NCBI GenBank assembly: GCA_963844715.1
Contig: CAWJPJ010000006.1
Span: 864,001 to 928,000 of the forward strand
Reading direction: 5' to 3'
Origin: an uncultured Phycisphaerales bacterium
GTDB lineage: Bacteria > Planctomycetota > Phycisphaerae > Tepidisphaerales > Tepidisphaeraceae
DNA: 64,000 bases
The position numbers and the translations under genes were made by a program. Every line of letters starts with the position of its first letter. The first letter of the stretch is position 1. Below are positions 46,305-58,093 of the stretch, piece by piece. The notes below the pieces were generated by a model, which worked only from the letters and a program-made list of their open reading frames with translations, had not been told where the DNA came from and did no database searches.

Positions 46305-46308
46305 GCGA

Positions 46309-47220
46309 ATGGCCCAGATCTGGATCAACGGCGAGTTCGTCGAGGAAGAAGCGGCACATATCTCAGTGCGCGATACGGGGCTGCTTCATGCCGCCGGGGT
46401 TTTTACGACGATGCGCGCGGGGGGCGCGAAGGTTTTTCGACTGCCTCACCATTTGAATCGACTTCGCCAATCCTGCGAGGCTCTGTTTATACCTCTGCAA
46501 TATGATGATGGGGCGTTGAGTCTGGCCGTGGGGGAATTGCTGGAGCGGAATCAGTTGAGCAATGCGCGATTGAGACTGACGGTGACGCGCGGGGCGGCCA
46601 GTCGCGATCCGCTGCATGGGATGCGATTGGAGCCGATGGTTTTCCTTACGGCCGCGCCGCTGGAGCCGTATCCTGAGGAATTTTATCAGCGCGGGATGAC
46701 GGTCATCGCCTTGGATGAGCAAAAGCTCAATCCGTATGACTTGCAGGCCGGTCACAAGACGCTGAATTACCTATCGCGTCTGGCGGCATTGCGTGCGGCC
46801 AATTCGCGCGGGGCTGGAGAAGCGGTTTGGTTCAATGTGCACAATTACCTGGAGTCCGGGAGCATCAGCAATATTTTTTTGGTTAAATCCGGGAAGCTGC
46901 TGACGCCGCCGACGGCGAGCGATCTGCGCGATCCGGCTGTTGCGGCGGCTACGCCTTATCCGAAGTCTTGCGTTTTGCCTGGGATTACCCGCGAGGCGAT
47001 TTTGGAATTGGCTGGAGGCGCGGGAATTGAAGTGCAGATTCGTGGGCTGACGATCAACGATCTTCTGGATGCGGATGAGGCGTTTTTGACCAATAGCATT
47101 ATGCGGGTGATGCCGGTGTGCCGGGTGGAGAGGCGGCCGCTGGGGGAGGATAAGCCGGGCGCGGTGACCGTTAGACTCTCTTCCGCATTCGGCGAACTTG
47201 TGGCGGCGGAATCCGAGTGA
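46309..47220 (+). CDS. Class IV aminotransferase / aminodeoxychorismate lyase-like
   Basis: IWINGEF, HLNRL, HKTLNYL, ESGSISNIF, LPGITR, DEAFLTNS. Confidence 0.88.
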   Translation: MAQIWINGEFVEEEAAHISVRDTGLLHAAGVFTTMRAGGAKVFRLPHHLNRLRQSCEALFIPLQYDDGALSLAVGELLERNQLSNARLRLTVTRGAASRDPLHGMRLEPMVFLTAAPLEPYPEEFYQRGMTVIALDEQKLNPYDLQAGHKTLNYLSRLAALRAANSRGAGEAVWFNVHNYLESGSISNIFLVKSGKLLTPPTASDLRDPAVAAATPYPKSCVLPGITREAILELAGGAGIEVQIRGLTINDLLDADEAFLTNSIMRVMPVCRVERRPLGEDKPGAVTVRLSSAFGELVAAESE

Positions 47221-47232
47221 GAGAATCCAACT

Positions 47233-48321
47233 ATGCGCCTCAAACAGATCGGCGAATTTTTGGAAAAGATCGCCCCCCTCTCGGGCGCGGAAAGTTGGGA
47301 CAATGTCGGCCTCCTGGTCGGGGATCGCGAGCAGGAAATTCATCGGATTCTGCTGGCGATCGATTACACGGCGGAAGTAGCCGAGGAGGCGAAGAACGCC
47401 GAGTGTGATTTAATCGTCGCGTATCACCCGCCGATTTTTCAGGCGATTAAGCGACTGCAATCGGGGAGTTTGATTTTCGACGCGATCCGGCGCGGAGTGG
47501 CGATTTATTCTCCGCATACGGCGCTGGATGCCGCCGCAGGGGGGACGAATGACATGCTGGCGGATGTGCTGGGGCTGACGGATCGGCGGGCGCTTCGGGT
47601 CGAGTCCGCCCCGGCGGGAAATTATAAGCTGGTGACGTTTGTGCCGGCGGAGAAAGTGGATGAGGTCAGCGCGGCGCTTTTCCAGGCCGGGGCGGGGCGG
47701 ATTGGGAATTATACTTCGTGCGGTTTTCGTACTGGGGGGACGGGGACTTTTTTCGGGGAAGCCGGCACGAACCCGGCCGTGGGAAAGCGCGGGCAGCTTG
47801 AGCGGGTTCAGGAAATCCGGCTTGAGACGGTCGTGCCGCTGAAGAATGTCGGAGCGGTGATTGCGGCGCTGCGGAAAAGTCATCCTTATGAGGAGCCGGC
47901 GTTCGATTTGAATTTGCTGGCCGGGGACCCGACGGGGCATGGGCAGGGGCGGATTGGGAATATGCCGCCGACGGAACGCCGGGCGTTGATTGAGCGGATC
48001 AAGCGCGAATTGGAATTGCCGCATCTGTTGGTATCGGGGCCGACTGCCGGGGAGATCTCGCGTGCCGCGGCTTGTCCGGGTTCTTGTGGGGACTTGATGG
48101 ACGCCGCGATCGCCGGCGGGGCCGAGCTTTATCTAACCGGGGAAATCCGGCATCATGACGCGATCAAAGCCGCGGCCGCTGGAATGACCGTCGTTTGTAC
48201 ACTTCACTCCAACAGCGAACGCGCGGCTTTGAAGCGGCTGAAAAATCGACTTGAAGAAAGCGAAGAAATCCCACCGATCCTGGTCAGCTCGACGGATCGA
48301 GACCCCTTCAATATCCTCTGA
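47233..48321 (+). CDS. Nif3-like dinuclear metal protein with PII-like insert
   Basis: ESWDNVGLLVG, YHPPIF, HTALD, KLVTFVP...HPYEEPAFD, TGEIRHH. Confidence 0.92.
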   Translation: MRLKQIGEFLEKIAPLSGAESWDNVGLLVGDREQEIHRILLAIDYTAEVAEEAKNAECDLIVAYHPPIFQAIKRLQSGSLIFDAIRRGVAIYSPHTALDAAAGGTNDMLADVLGLTDRRALRVESAPAGNYKLVTFVPAEKVDEVSAALFQAGAGRIGNYTSCGFRTGGTGTFFGEAGTNPAVGKRGQLERVQEIRLETVVPLKNVGAVIAALRKSHPYEEPAFDLNLLAGDPTGHGQGRIGNMPPTERRALIERIKRELELPHLLVSGPTAGEISRAAACPGSCGDLMDAAIAGGAELYLTGEIRHHDAIKAAAAGMTVVCTLHSNSERAALKRLKNRLEESEEIPPILVSSTDRDPFNIL

Positions 48322-48495
48322 ACCGCGAAGGCGCCCGCGACGGCGGGTAGACTCCGAACGCAAAGAAGCAAAAGAGATTTGACCGCGGATATCGCGGATG
48401 GGCACGGATAAAATCAAAAACTCATCGTTGATCTTTTTCTCTTCATCCGTGCCATCCGCGAAATCCGCGGTTAATCGGCTTTTCTTAGCGTCCTG
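48321..48495. repeat. Palindromic element family B, copy 2
   Basis: GACTCCGAACGC...TTGACCGCGGATATCGCGGATGGGCACGGAT / ATCCGTGCCATCCGCGAAATCCGCGGTTAA. Confidence 0.8.
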
Positions 48496-48500
48496 GCGGA

Positions 48501-49278
48501 TTACTGTTCGTTGTAACTCTGACTTGTCTGATCCCATCCGGATGGAAGGGGTGGTTCTGCGAAATCCTGGTCGGATAGACCTGCGTTTAATTTCAGATCG
48601 GTCAGATCGGTTGTTTTAAGCGTCGTTTGCGTGGAATCCAGAGTCTGGATTCGAACGGGCATCGCGGTGGTGGGGTCGATCCAGACGTCGATGGTGCTGA
48701 AATCGTGCGCGAGATGCGAATCAGGCTTCGGCAGCCAGTTTGAGATGAATCGTGCCCGGCGGGTCGTCTTTATCCGGCGGCATTTTCGATACATCAAAAG
48801 CGGCTTTGACGTCTTCCTTGCTTTGCCCGATCGGGAGGGGGAACGGGCCCTGGCCGAGCTTGAAGAGATCCAGTTTTTCGCCGGGCTTGAGGATTTGCTG
48901 GCGGGTTTCGATTTTTTTGTCGTAGTCGCGTTCGACGAGCCAGCCGGAATCGACCGTGTAGGTGTGGTGCATGTCGAAGACTTTGTCGCCGAGCTGTTTT
49001 CTGTCGAAGTTGATGCGGATGCGGGCGTCGCCGGCGCCTTTGCTTTGGAAGAGGATTTTTCCGCTGCTGATGGTTTCGTCGCCGGTGGTGTTGTTTTCGT
49101 CGGAGAGCTTTACGGCGGCGGTGAAATCCTGAAGGGACTGGCCGCGCGCGTCGAGAGCGTCGAGGATTTGATCGACGGAGGAGGATGGGGAGAGCTGATC
49201 CGGCTCGGTCGTTGCTGGAGAGGCGGCACCGGCGATCAAGAGGAGACATAGGGGAAGCCAATAACGCATGGAGTTCAT
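48501..49278 (-). CDS. LolA-like periplasmic protein (frameshifted)
   Basis: Signal peptide; LQDFTAAV...SGKILF, LGQGPFPLPIGQ, IDVWID, LKLNAGLSDQDF. Confidence 0.65.
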
Positions 49279-49322
49279 TTAAACGTAAAGACACGGCCGA
49301 GGGAAGAACGTAACATTCAGCG

Positions 49323-51282
49323 ATGCGCTGGGCGGGCATTTGCGGAGTGGTCATCGTGGCGCTTTGCCGCGTTGCGGCCGGAGCCGCGCCGTGGGCGGAG
49401 CCAAGCTGCGCGTTTCGGCGCACGGTGACGGTCGCGTGGAATTCCGACGACGCAAGCGGGCGCGCGATGGCGATGGTGGATTGCCTCACCGGCGGACACG
49501 CCAATCCCGACGGGGGAGATGCCCGAGTCACGACGGTCGATGGGCGCGAGATTCCCAGCCGCGTGCTGATGGCGGGGCCGGGCGATTCCGTCCGCGTGTT
49601 GTTTGGGCTCGCGGCCGGAGTGGGGCAATACGAAATTTATTTTGGCGATCCGCAAGCCGGGCCGCCGCAGGATTTGGAGACCATGCCGATCACCTGCGGC
49701 TTGCTTTGCGAGATGCGCGATTACCACGGGACGCCCTGGCCCGGAAGCGACGAAAAGTTCGAGCCCGCATGGAACACGGCCGGCCCGTTGCTCGGCCGGA
49801 CGATGGCGGAATTGCCGTTCATCGCCGGCTGCCCGCTGGGAGATCGAAAAGGCGTCATCATCCGCTACCGCGGAACTCTGATGATTCCCGCCGATTCCGA
49901 ATATGAATTCGGAAGTTCCACGGGAAATAGCGGCGCAATGTACATCGACGGCCAGCCGATACTCTATGCCCCCAGCCTTTCGCGCTCCCCCGATCAGGAC
50001 CGAACCATTACCCTTTCCGCGGTCCGCACAATTTCGTCTATTACCAGATTTACGCGAACGATTTTGAATTGCTTTCCGTCGACTGGCGGGTTCCCGGCGA
50101 GCCGCAATATAAGGCGATCACGCGCGAGTTTTTTGGGATTTTAAGTCACGGGCGGACCGGCGATTTGGAATCGCGCGACGGGAAGCCGACGGCCGATTTT
50201 TCGGCGGATTACCAGGCGAGCAGCGAATTCGACAATTGCCAGACGCATCGGTTTACGTTCACCGCCGCGGGGGACGATCCGGACGCAAAGTGGGATTTTG
50301 GCGATGGGCAAACGGCCGAGGGGGCGACCGTTGATCATGTATTTCTCGGGGATGGCGTCTATGCCATTCAGATTCAAGAGCACGGGGATGCCCAGACGTC
50401 CCGGCTTTTCGTCCACGCGGACTGGTCGCATCAAATGGATCCATCGGCCGATCTTCCCTGGGTGCAGGCAAAGATCGTCGCGGGTTATGACATTCAGAAG
50501 ATTCCCGCCCCGATGTTGCCGGTGGCGGCGCTAATGCAGGTCGATGCGGGCAATTTGCTTTCCGCCGACGAAATGGGAGCGATTCTGGCCAGAGAAAATC
50601 GCACGGGCCGGGAGGCACGGCGGCGGCGCTGGCGGCGTTGCACAAAATTGCCGATGCCCAGACCGATTGGCATCGGGCTCAGCGATTGTGGGGCTTGGTT
50701 CCGGAGGATTCGGACTTGCAGCCGCAGGCGGCGGCGGAAGAGGCGGAACTGGGAATATGGCTGGGAGGGGATTTCACGGGGGTCGCTCAGAAATTAGCCC
50801 CGTACGCTATGCGATATCCGAAAAATTCGCTGTTGCAACGAGAGTTTGCCCACGCCCTGATTCTCAGTCAGCAGGCGGACCAGGGCCGCAAGATTCTGGA
50901 GGGGTTGCCGACGTCCGTCGAGCCGGCGCGCGTGCCGGCGGTCTGCGGAGCCCTGGCGCGAACGGTGGAATATTACGTCGAGAACGGAACTTCCGATTTG
51001 GCGCAAGCGGCATGGTATCAATGGGATGAAACGGACCCGGCCAGCTTTCTTGAGGGCTATAGTGTGCTGCTCCGAATTCAGATGATGGAGCAGCGGCACA
51101 TGCCGGAGATGGCGGCGAGCATTGCCGTCGCGTTCGCCGAGGCGATTCCCGATTCCGCTTATGCCCCGGAAATGCTCGCCGAGGCGAGCAAAGCGCTGGC
51201 CGACAGCGATCCGGCCAAGAGCCGGCAAATCCTACAGATGCTCAAAGAAAAATTTCCCGAAGACCCATTGAGTCAGAAATAA
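49323..51282 (+). CDS. Secreted PA14 + PKD domain protein (two frameshifts)
   Basis: RYRGTLMIP..YEF (PA14-like); WDFGDG...DHVF..GVY (PKD); helical C-terminus ending KFPEDPL. Confidence 0.7.
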
Positions 51283-51306
51283 TTTACCGGGTAGCATAAC
51301 ATCGCC

Positions 51307-52768
51307 ATGTCCACATCAGACCCCCCTTCCACTCCACCGGTCGCACCTGTCCCCCCTGCCGAACCGATTTCGCATCATCCGCCCAAACGCATATGGGTTT
51401 GGGTTCTGGTGGCGATCGCCGCGGTGCTTCTCTTGATCTGGCTCGGACCGTGGATCGTTCTGGCATTCACCACCACTTCCACGGATGACGCCTACGTCAA
51501 TGGGCACGTGACGTTTGTCGCCCCGCGCGTGCCGGGGCAGGTCGTGCGGGTACTGGTTGATGACAATAATCGCGTCCGCAAGGGCGATCTGCTGGTCCAA
51601 TTGGACAAGGAACCGTATCTCGTACAGGTGAACATCGCGCAAGCGGCGGTCGATTCGGCGCAATCTGATTTGACGGTGGCCGAGGCACAGGTGTCGATCC
51701 ACCGAGGGTCAGGCGCAGCCTGCGATTCAGTCTCGCCCACGCGATCGAGGATGTGGACAATCAGGAGGCCCTACTGCGATCGAAAGTGGCGGACCTGAAT
51801 TCCGCGCAAGCGACCCTCAACAAGGCGCAGGCGGAATTTGAGCGGGTGCAGCCCCTGGAGAAAACCGGGGCGCTTTCGCAACAGGACTTTGACAACTACA
51901 AGGAAGCGTTTCTTGTCGCCCAAGCGCAGGTACAAGCTTCTTTGCAGGAGGTTTACCAGGTTCGCGTTTCGCTCGGCTTGCCGCCGATACCGGAGAGCGG
52001 CGACGATCTGACGCAAGTTCCGCCTGATCTGGATCAGACGTTTTCCACTGTAAAACAGGCTCAATTCGCCCTGATGCAGGTGGCGTCCACGATCGGCGTA
52101 ACCGATTCGTTTGATACCACGCCCAAGCAGTTGATCGCCGATTTTTACAAGCGCGATCCCGAAGGAAATATCGAACGGATTTACGCAAAAATTCTGGAGA
52201 CCGCCCCCGCCGTCAAGCAGGCGCAGGCGAAGTTGGGCGAGCGCAGCGGGACCTGGATCAGGCGCTGCTCAATCTTCGATATTGCGATGTGGTCTCCGAA
52301 ATCGACGGCGTGGTGACGCGCCGGCAGGTCAACCCCGGTAACAACGTGATTGCGGGGCAGAGCCTGATGGCGGTGAGATCGCTGACCGAAATCTGGGTGG
52401 ATGCCAATTTCAAGGAGACGCAGCTTTCCGATCTGCGGATCGGGCAGCCGGTCGATCTGGACGTGGACATGTATGGCGGAAAGCACCGGTTCAAGGGGCG
52501 AATCTCCGGCTTCACGATGGGGACGGGCTCGACTCTGGCGCTCCTTCCGGCGGAGAATGCCACGGGGAATTTCGTGAAAGTCGTTCAGCGTTTGCCGGTG
52601 CGAATCGATCTGCTGGATTACGATCCGGACAAGCTGCCGCTGTTTGTTGGGTTATCGGTGACGCCGTATGTGCACGTCAATGAGGCGCCGAGCGGTCCGG
52701 ACGCGGGGAAATTCTTGCAGCCCTACATGACGGATGAGATTCCGGCCGTTCCGGAGACGCAGCCATGA
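51307..52768 (+). CDS. HlyD/EmrA-family membrane fusion protein (frameshifted)
   Basis: STDDAYV, V.KGDLL, ANFKETQL, LLPAENATGNFVKVVQRLPVRI. Confidence 0.9.
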
Positions 52769-54371
52769 CGTCCACGGCGATCTCTTTGCCGTTGGCGACG
52801 CGGCGGATCAATCCCTGGCTGGTCGCAATCGCGGTGGTGATCCCCACCTTCATGGAGGTTCTGGACACCACGATCGCCAACGTCGCGCTACGCTACATCG
52901 CCGGCGGCCTGTCGGCGCCGGTGATCGACAGCGAATGGGTGATTACCAGCTATCTTGCGGCCAACGCGATTATCCTTCCGATGTCCGGGTATCTCGCCGC
53001 GCGGTTGGGACGGCGAAACTATTTCCTTCTGTCCATTGCCGTCTTCACGATCGCTTCGGCGTTATGCGGCATGTCCACCAGCCTCAATCAGTTGATCTTC
53101 TGCCGCATCTTGCAGGGATTAGCGGGAGGCGGGCTTCAGCCTTCCAGCCAGGGGGTGCTGCTCGATGCGTTTCCGCCGGAAAAACAGGGCGTGGCGCAGA
53201 CATTTTCGGCGTCGCGGCGCTGCTGGCGCCGGTGGTCGGTCCGACTTTGGGCGGATGGATTACCGACAATTACGGCTGGCGATGGATTTTTTATCTGAAT
53301 ATTCCCGTTGGCGGATTGGCACTTTTGATGTGCCACGCATTGGTAACCGATCCGGATTATCTTAAAGCCGCGACCGCCAAGATGCGGCGATCGCGCCCGC
53401 GTTTTGATTTTCTCGGCCTGTGCCTGCTGGCGATGACGATGGTTTGCTGGGAAATCGCGCTCAGCAAAGGGCAGGAATGGGACTGGTTTGGCGATCCGTT
53501 CTATCGCGTGCAGACCCTGGCAACGCTCTTCGTTCTGGGGCTCAGCGGGTTGATTTGGCGCGAACTGAAATTTTCGAACCCCATTGTGAATTTCCGAACG
53601 CTGAAGGACCGCAATTTCCGGGCCTGTTGCATCATCATTTTTGTCGCGTTTGGAATTCTCTACGCCAATACGACAAGCCTTCCCGGCATGCTTCAATCGC
53701 TATTCGGCTATAACGCGTATTTGTCTGGCCTGGTCCTTTCGCCCGCCGGGCTCTTCGCGATCATTACGCTTCTGATCGTCGGCAAGCTCCTGGGAATGGG
53801 AACGGACGCCAGATACCTGATCGCCGCCGGTCTCTTGACGCTGGCGATCGGAAATTATTGGATGTCACAGCTGAATCTGCAAATCGGGCCATGGAGCGTG
53901 GTCTGGCCGCGCGTGGTTTTGATCTGCGGATTATCCATGCTTTTTGCGCCCCTGAACGTGGCGGCGTTTTTCCGCATCCCCAGGGAATTGCGCCCGGCGG
54001 CGGTGGGATTGCTGGCTCTTTTGCGAAATGAAGGGGGAAGTGTCGGGACCACCGTCGCACAAACAATCCTGGAACGCCGACAGCAGTTCCATACCCTGCG
54101 ACTGAATGAAAATCTCGACGTGCTGAATCCGGCGGTTCAGCAGTTGTTCCGCGCCGGGCATGCCTTTTTCCTCCAGCAGACCGGCGACGCCGCCATGACC
54201 CAGCAGCTCACCCTTCAGGCCCTCCAACAGGCGCGCGATAATCAGGCGCTCTCCCTGGCGTATTTCGACGTCTTTTGGGTATCGGCGGTGGCGGCCGCAG
54301 TCTTGGTTTTTCTGGTTCTGCTAATGCGGCGCTCCGTGGCGGAGAAGGGCGCGCACATGGCGGCGGAGTAA
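52765..54371 (+). CDS. DHA2/EmrB-family MFS efflux permease (frameshifted)
   Basis: FMEVLDTTIANVAL, WVITSYL, RILQG, APVVGPTLGG, WRWIFYLNIPVG, RNEGGSVG. Confidence 0.9.
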
Positions 54372-54417
54372 ATCGTTCAGGATTTGACTGGATTCCCGAT
54401 GGCTTCGGACGTCGCGC

Positions 54418-55128
54418 CTAAACGTAGTGCGCCCCCTCGCGCATGAAAATTGCCGCCGGACGGTGCTGGAACACCTCGTTGACCAGCGGCTTCTTCATTC
54501 CTTCGGCCAGCGCATGGGGGAAGCCCTGATTACCCATGAAGAGTTGTGCGCCGGCGATCACGCGGGCGAGAGTCAGAAGTTCGGGCGTGGGGTAATAGGG
54601 AATGTCGTGTCCGAAGGTGTAGTTGAAGATTTCGTGATCCTTGGGATAGCCGACGAAGATGCACCTGGGGCCGAGATGAGGGAGATTGGCTTCCCAGAAC
54701 GTGTAGTTGCCGTGATAGCGGATCGAACGGTTGATGACGATGGGGCGATCGGGAATGGTGATCGGGTCGGCGATTTGTAACCAGGCTTTGTCGCGCTCCG
54801 TCGTGGGAAGATCGAACGCGGCCAGATGCGAGTCGCTAAGATTGTTGTAAGAAAGATGTTCGCGGAAGGCATCGAGATCGTGATCGACCGGCTCGCCGTG
54901 CCAGTGGCGGACTTCCTGGATATACGGCTGCTGCATGAGAATCGGTATGAGCATGTCGATGCTTTTGGCATCGAGCTTGGTGCGGATTTTCCCGACAAAT
55001 TTGACAAACTTGCTGGTGCTGCCGCCGTCGGGGTCGAGATAGAGGACGCCGCCGCCGAGGGCGCGCAGGGTGGGGAGCGCAAAGATCATGTCGCCCATGT
55101 CGCCGGAATGTTTGAAGGTCTTGGGCAT
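54418..55128 (-). CDS. GT9/heptosyltransferase-like glycosyltransferase
   Basis: HSGDMGDMIFALP, ARVIAGAQLFMGNQGFPHALAEG. Confidence 0.65.
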   Translation of the reverse strand: MPKTFKHSGDMGDMIFALPTLRALGGGVLYLDPDGGSTSKFVKFVGKIRTKLDAKSIDMLIPILMQQPYIQEVRHWHGEPVDHDLDAFREHLSYNNLSDSHLAAFDLPTTERDKAWLQIADPITIPDRPIVINRSIRYHGNYTFWEANLPHLGPRCIFVGYPKDHEIFNYTFGHDIPYYPTPELLTLARVIAGAQLFMGNQGFPHALAEGMKKPLVNEVFQHRPAAIFMREGAHYV

Positions 55129-55132
55129 GGGT

Positions 55133-55891
55133 TCAGGGGCCGAAGCGCGGAGTCATGGCTTGGAGAACGTCGGGCAACGTCTGGACGACGACTTCGGCCG
55201 GCACAAACGCGCGCCGGCGGTAGGGATAAAGGTGGTAGCCGTGTTTCGCCTGGAAGATTTCGGAATCGCGGTTCCACTCTTCGCTGAGATTCCCGCGCGA
55301 GCGGTGGATGAGGGCCAGTTCGCAGCAGGCGGCAACGCGCAAGCCGGCCCGATGCGCGCACAGCGTGAAATCCGCATCGTAGAGATGGAACCCCTTGAAT
55401 CGCTCGGCGTCGAAGCGGACGGTTTTGGTCGCACGGCGATGGGCGGCGATGAAACACCCGTCCAACGCCTGCATCCCCCCCACCAGCGGCGCGGGGGTCG
55501 CGAAAATCTGGATGGCAAAGGTGCCGTCGTCGTTGGCGTGAGCGACCTGGCCGAAAATGTAGGGAGGCCCGGCGTAGCTCCACATGGGGTGCTCAAGGCG
55601 CGTGGTGCCGGCGATTCCCAGGACGTCGCACTTTTCCATGGCGCCGGCGATTTGCGGGCCGATCTGCGGGTTGACGAATTCGACATCGTCGTGGCTAAAG
55701 ATCAGAATCTCGCCCTTGGCTCGATCGATGCCGCGGTTGTATGCCTCGCAGATGCCGGCGGCGTCGTGAATGCCAATGAATTCGATAGTCTGCCCGGCCA
55801 GGACGCGTCGATATCCGGCGGTGACGCGATCGAATTTCGCCGGGTCGATGCTGCAAATGATGATGGAAAAGAGCGGGGAGGGCTGGGTCAT
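55133..55891 (-). CDS. GT2-like glycosyltransferase
   Basis: SIIICS, AYNRG, FSHDDV, LDGCFI, FHLYDAD. Confidence 0.8.
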   Translation of the reverse strand: MTQPSPLFSIIICSIDPAKFDRVTAGYRRVLAGQTIEFIGIHDAAGICEAYNRGIDRAKGEILIFSHDDVEFVNPQIGPQIAGAMEKCDVLGIAGTTRLEHPMWSYAGPPYIFGQVAHANDDGTFAIQIFATPAPLVGGMQALDGCFIAAHRRATKTVRFDAERFKGFHLYDADFTLCAHRAGLRVAACCELALIHRSRGNLSEEWNRDSEIFQAKHGYHLYPYRRRAFVPAEVVVQTLPDVLQAMTPRFGP

Positions 55892-55943
55892 AAATGGCCG
55901 TCAGCTAAAGGTAATGTCCCGCCGACGGACTGCAAGCGCTCGT

Positions 55944-56306
55944 TCAACCGGCCGACCCGCGGTTATCGGCGACCAGATTCGCGTGATTAACCAGAAGCGT
56001 TTCGCCGGCCACGCCATTGATGTAATCCTCGATTTGCTTGATGCGGCGCCGCGCCTTGCGGATATCTCGAATGATTAACAGCCCGGCGCACGCAAATACG
56101 ACGGCGAACAGCACGACCGAGGCCAAGACCAAAATGATCCGCTGATTTGGGGCGTCGTAGAGCAACCCAACGGCGATAGGCAGGGCCACGGCGAAGATTT
56201 GCAGGCCGTTGTTTTTTCGATGGATAATTTCGGTCTGTAAGATGGTGTATTCCGCCAGAATAATGCGGATTTTCTCCTCTTGCGACATGGGGTTCTGTTC
56301 GGGCAT
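55944..56306 (-). CDS. Small membrane hypothetical protein
   Basis: EY..L..EI..R motif, two TM helices, IKQIEDYIN; lower GC. Confidence 0.6.
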   Translation of the reverse strand: MPEQNPMSQEEKIRIILAEYTILQTEIIHRKNNGLQIFAVALPIAVGLLYDAPNQRIILVLASVVLFAVVFACAGLLIIRDIRKARRRIKQIEDYINGVAGETLLVNHANLVADNRGSAG

Positions 56307-56433
56307 GATGACATCAACTTTGGGCCGGCCGTCAAAAGACTAATGGAATCGCCCCAATCCCGCAAAAACGCGGCGGTTGAACGAAATGGGCGATGCCAAT
56401 ATAATGCTTGGCTCGCAAAAAGAGAGGAATCCG

Positions 56434-56784
56434 ATGTCGCTTGATCGAAGCTTACGAGGGGCCAACTCACTGATTCGCCATCGCAACGTACTCACGCGCG
56501 CCGAGCGCCTGCTGAAGCTCACGGAAGACGAGCGCTGGGACGAGAGCAAGAGCGTATTCGGCCTTCCCAAGGTAGCGCATCGGAAACAGGAATTAGCCAA
56601 GTCGGAGAAGGAAACCCCGGACGCGGCCGCCGCGGCCGGAGCAACCCCCGCCGCCGGAGCGCCTGCCGCCGGGGCTCCTGCCGCCGCCGGAGGCAAGGAC
56701 GCGAAGGGCGCCGCGCCCGCAGCCAAAGGGGCTGCCCCCGCCGCGGGAGCCAAGGCCGCCGCGCCGGCCGCGAAGAAGAAGTAA
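56434..56784 (+). CDS. PVC-superphylum small basic protein with Ala/Lys/Pro-rich tail
   Basis: MSLDRSL...RHRNVLTRAERL..L...W....SVFGLPKV; RBS GAGAGGA. Confidence 0.88.
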   Translation: MSLDRSLRGANSLIRHRNVLTRAERLLKLTEDERWDESKSVFGLPKVAHRKQELAKSEKETPDAAAAAGATPAAGAPAAGAPAAAGGKDAKGAAPAAKGAAPAAGAKAAAPAAKKK

Positions 56785-56823
56785 TATTCCTCGGCCCCAA
56801 AACGAACCGCCGGCATGTCGAGC

Positions 56824-57934
56824 ATGGATCATCTCGTTTCGCGCCGCCGCCGCCGTGGATGCCTCGGGCATCCGCAAGGTGTTCGATCTGGCCGCGAAAA
56901 TGTCCGACCCGATCAACCTTTCGATCGGGCAACCCGATTTCGACGTTCCTGAATTCGCCAAGGACGCCGCGATCGAGGCCATCCGCAAGGGGAACAATCG
57001 ATATACTCAAACTCAGGGAATCGCGCCGCTTCGCGAGCGCCTGCGCAAAGATCTCTCGGCGGAATTTTCCCACGACGTCGGAGAAGTGCTCATCACCAGC
57101 GGCGTCAGCGGCGGCTTGATGCTGGCTCTCCTGGCCACCATCGACCCGGGTGATGAGGCGATTTTCCTCGATCCTTACTTCGTCATGTACAAGCATCTGC
57201 TCACTCTGGCCGGGGGGAAGCCGGTGATCGTGGACAGCTATCCCGATTTTCGCTTTCCCGCGGAGCGCGTCGAAAAGGCGATCACCTCCAAAAGCAAGCT
57301 GTTGATCCTGAACAGCCCCAGCAATCCTACCGGCGTGGCAATGAATCAGCGCGAAATCGACGACGCTGTGCGCATCGCCAAAAAACATAATCTGCTGATC
57401 GTCTCCGATGAGATTTACGAGCCGTTTCTATACGACGCGCCGCGCGGCCTGCCGAGCGCCGGGCATTCGCATGAAAACACTTTGATTCTTCGCGGATTTT
57501 CCAAGAGCCACGGCATGACCGGATGGCGACTCGGCTATGCCGCCGGCCCGTCGGAGATCATTTCGCAGATGACCAAGCTTCAGCAGTACACATTCGTCTG
57601 TGCCCCGGCGCCGTTTCAATACGGAGCACTGAAGGCGTTGGACGTCCCGATGGAGGACGCCGTGGCCGCGTATCGCCAGAAGCGCGATTTGGTCTGCCAT
57701 CGGCTGCATCGGAAATTCGAACTGGTCGTCCCCGAGGGGGCGTTCTACGTCTTTCCGAAGGCCCCGGCCGGGATGACCGGGAGCCAGTTCGTAGCCAAGG
57801 CGATCGATAACAACGTCCTGATCATTCCGGGGAACGTCTTTTCGGAGCGTGATACCCATTTCCGAATCAGCTACGCGACGACGATGGAGAAGTTGGAGGC
57901 GGGCTGCGAAATTCTTTGCAAGCTGGCCGGGTGA
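56824..57934 (+). CDS. Class I/II PLP-dependent aminotransferase
   Basis: LSIGQPDF, NSPSNPTG, SDEIY, GFSKSHGMTGWRLGY, FRISYA; small frameshift near the start. Confidence 0.92.
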
Positions 57935-57982
57935 TCTCGCGGGTGCTCAGAACTGTCAGATTCCGCGATCAATCGGATGGAT

Positions 57983-58012
57983 TTGAAAATCCGTCCGCCA
58001 GCGCGTTAGTAT
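57983..58012 (+). promoter_or_regulatory. Putative sigma-70 promoter for the tRNA-like gene
   Basis: TTGAAA (57983-57988), 18 bp spacer, TAGTAT (58007-58012); the -35 lies inside an inverted repeat at 57974-57997. Confidence 0.5.
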
Positions 58013-58093
58013 GGCGTCGTGCGGGTCGAATCTACTTGTGAATAGTCCTGCTGACGCCAACCGGCAACGATCGCTCTTCGGGGCGAGGCGGCT

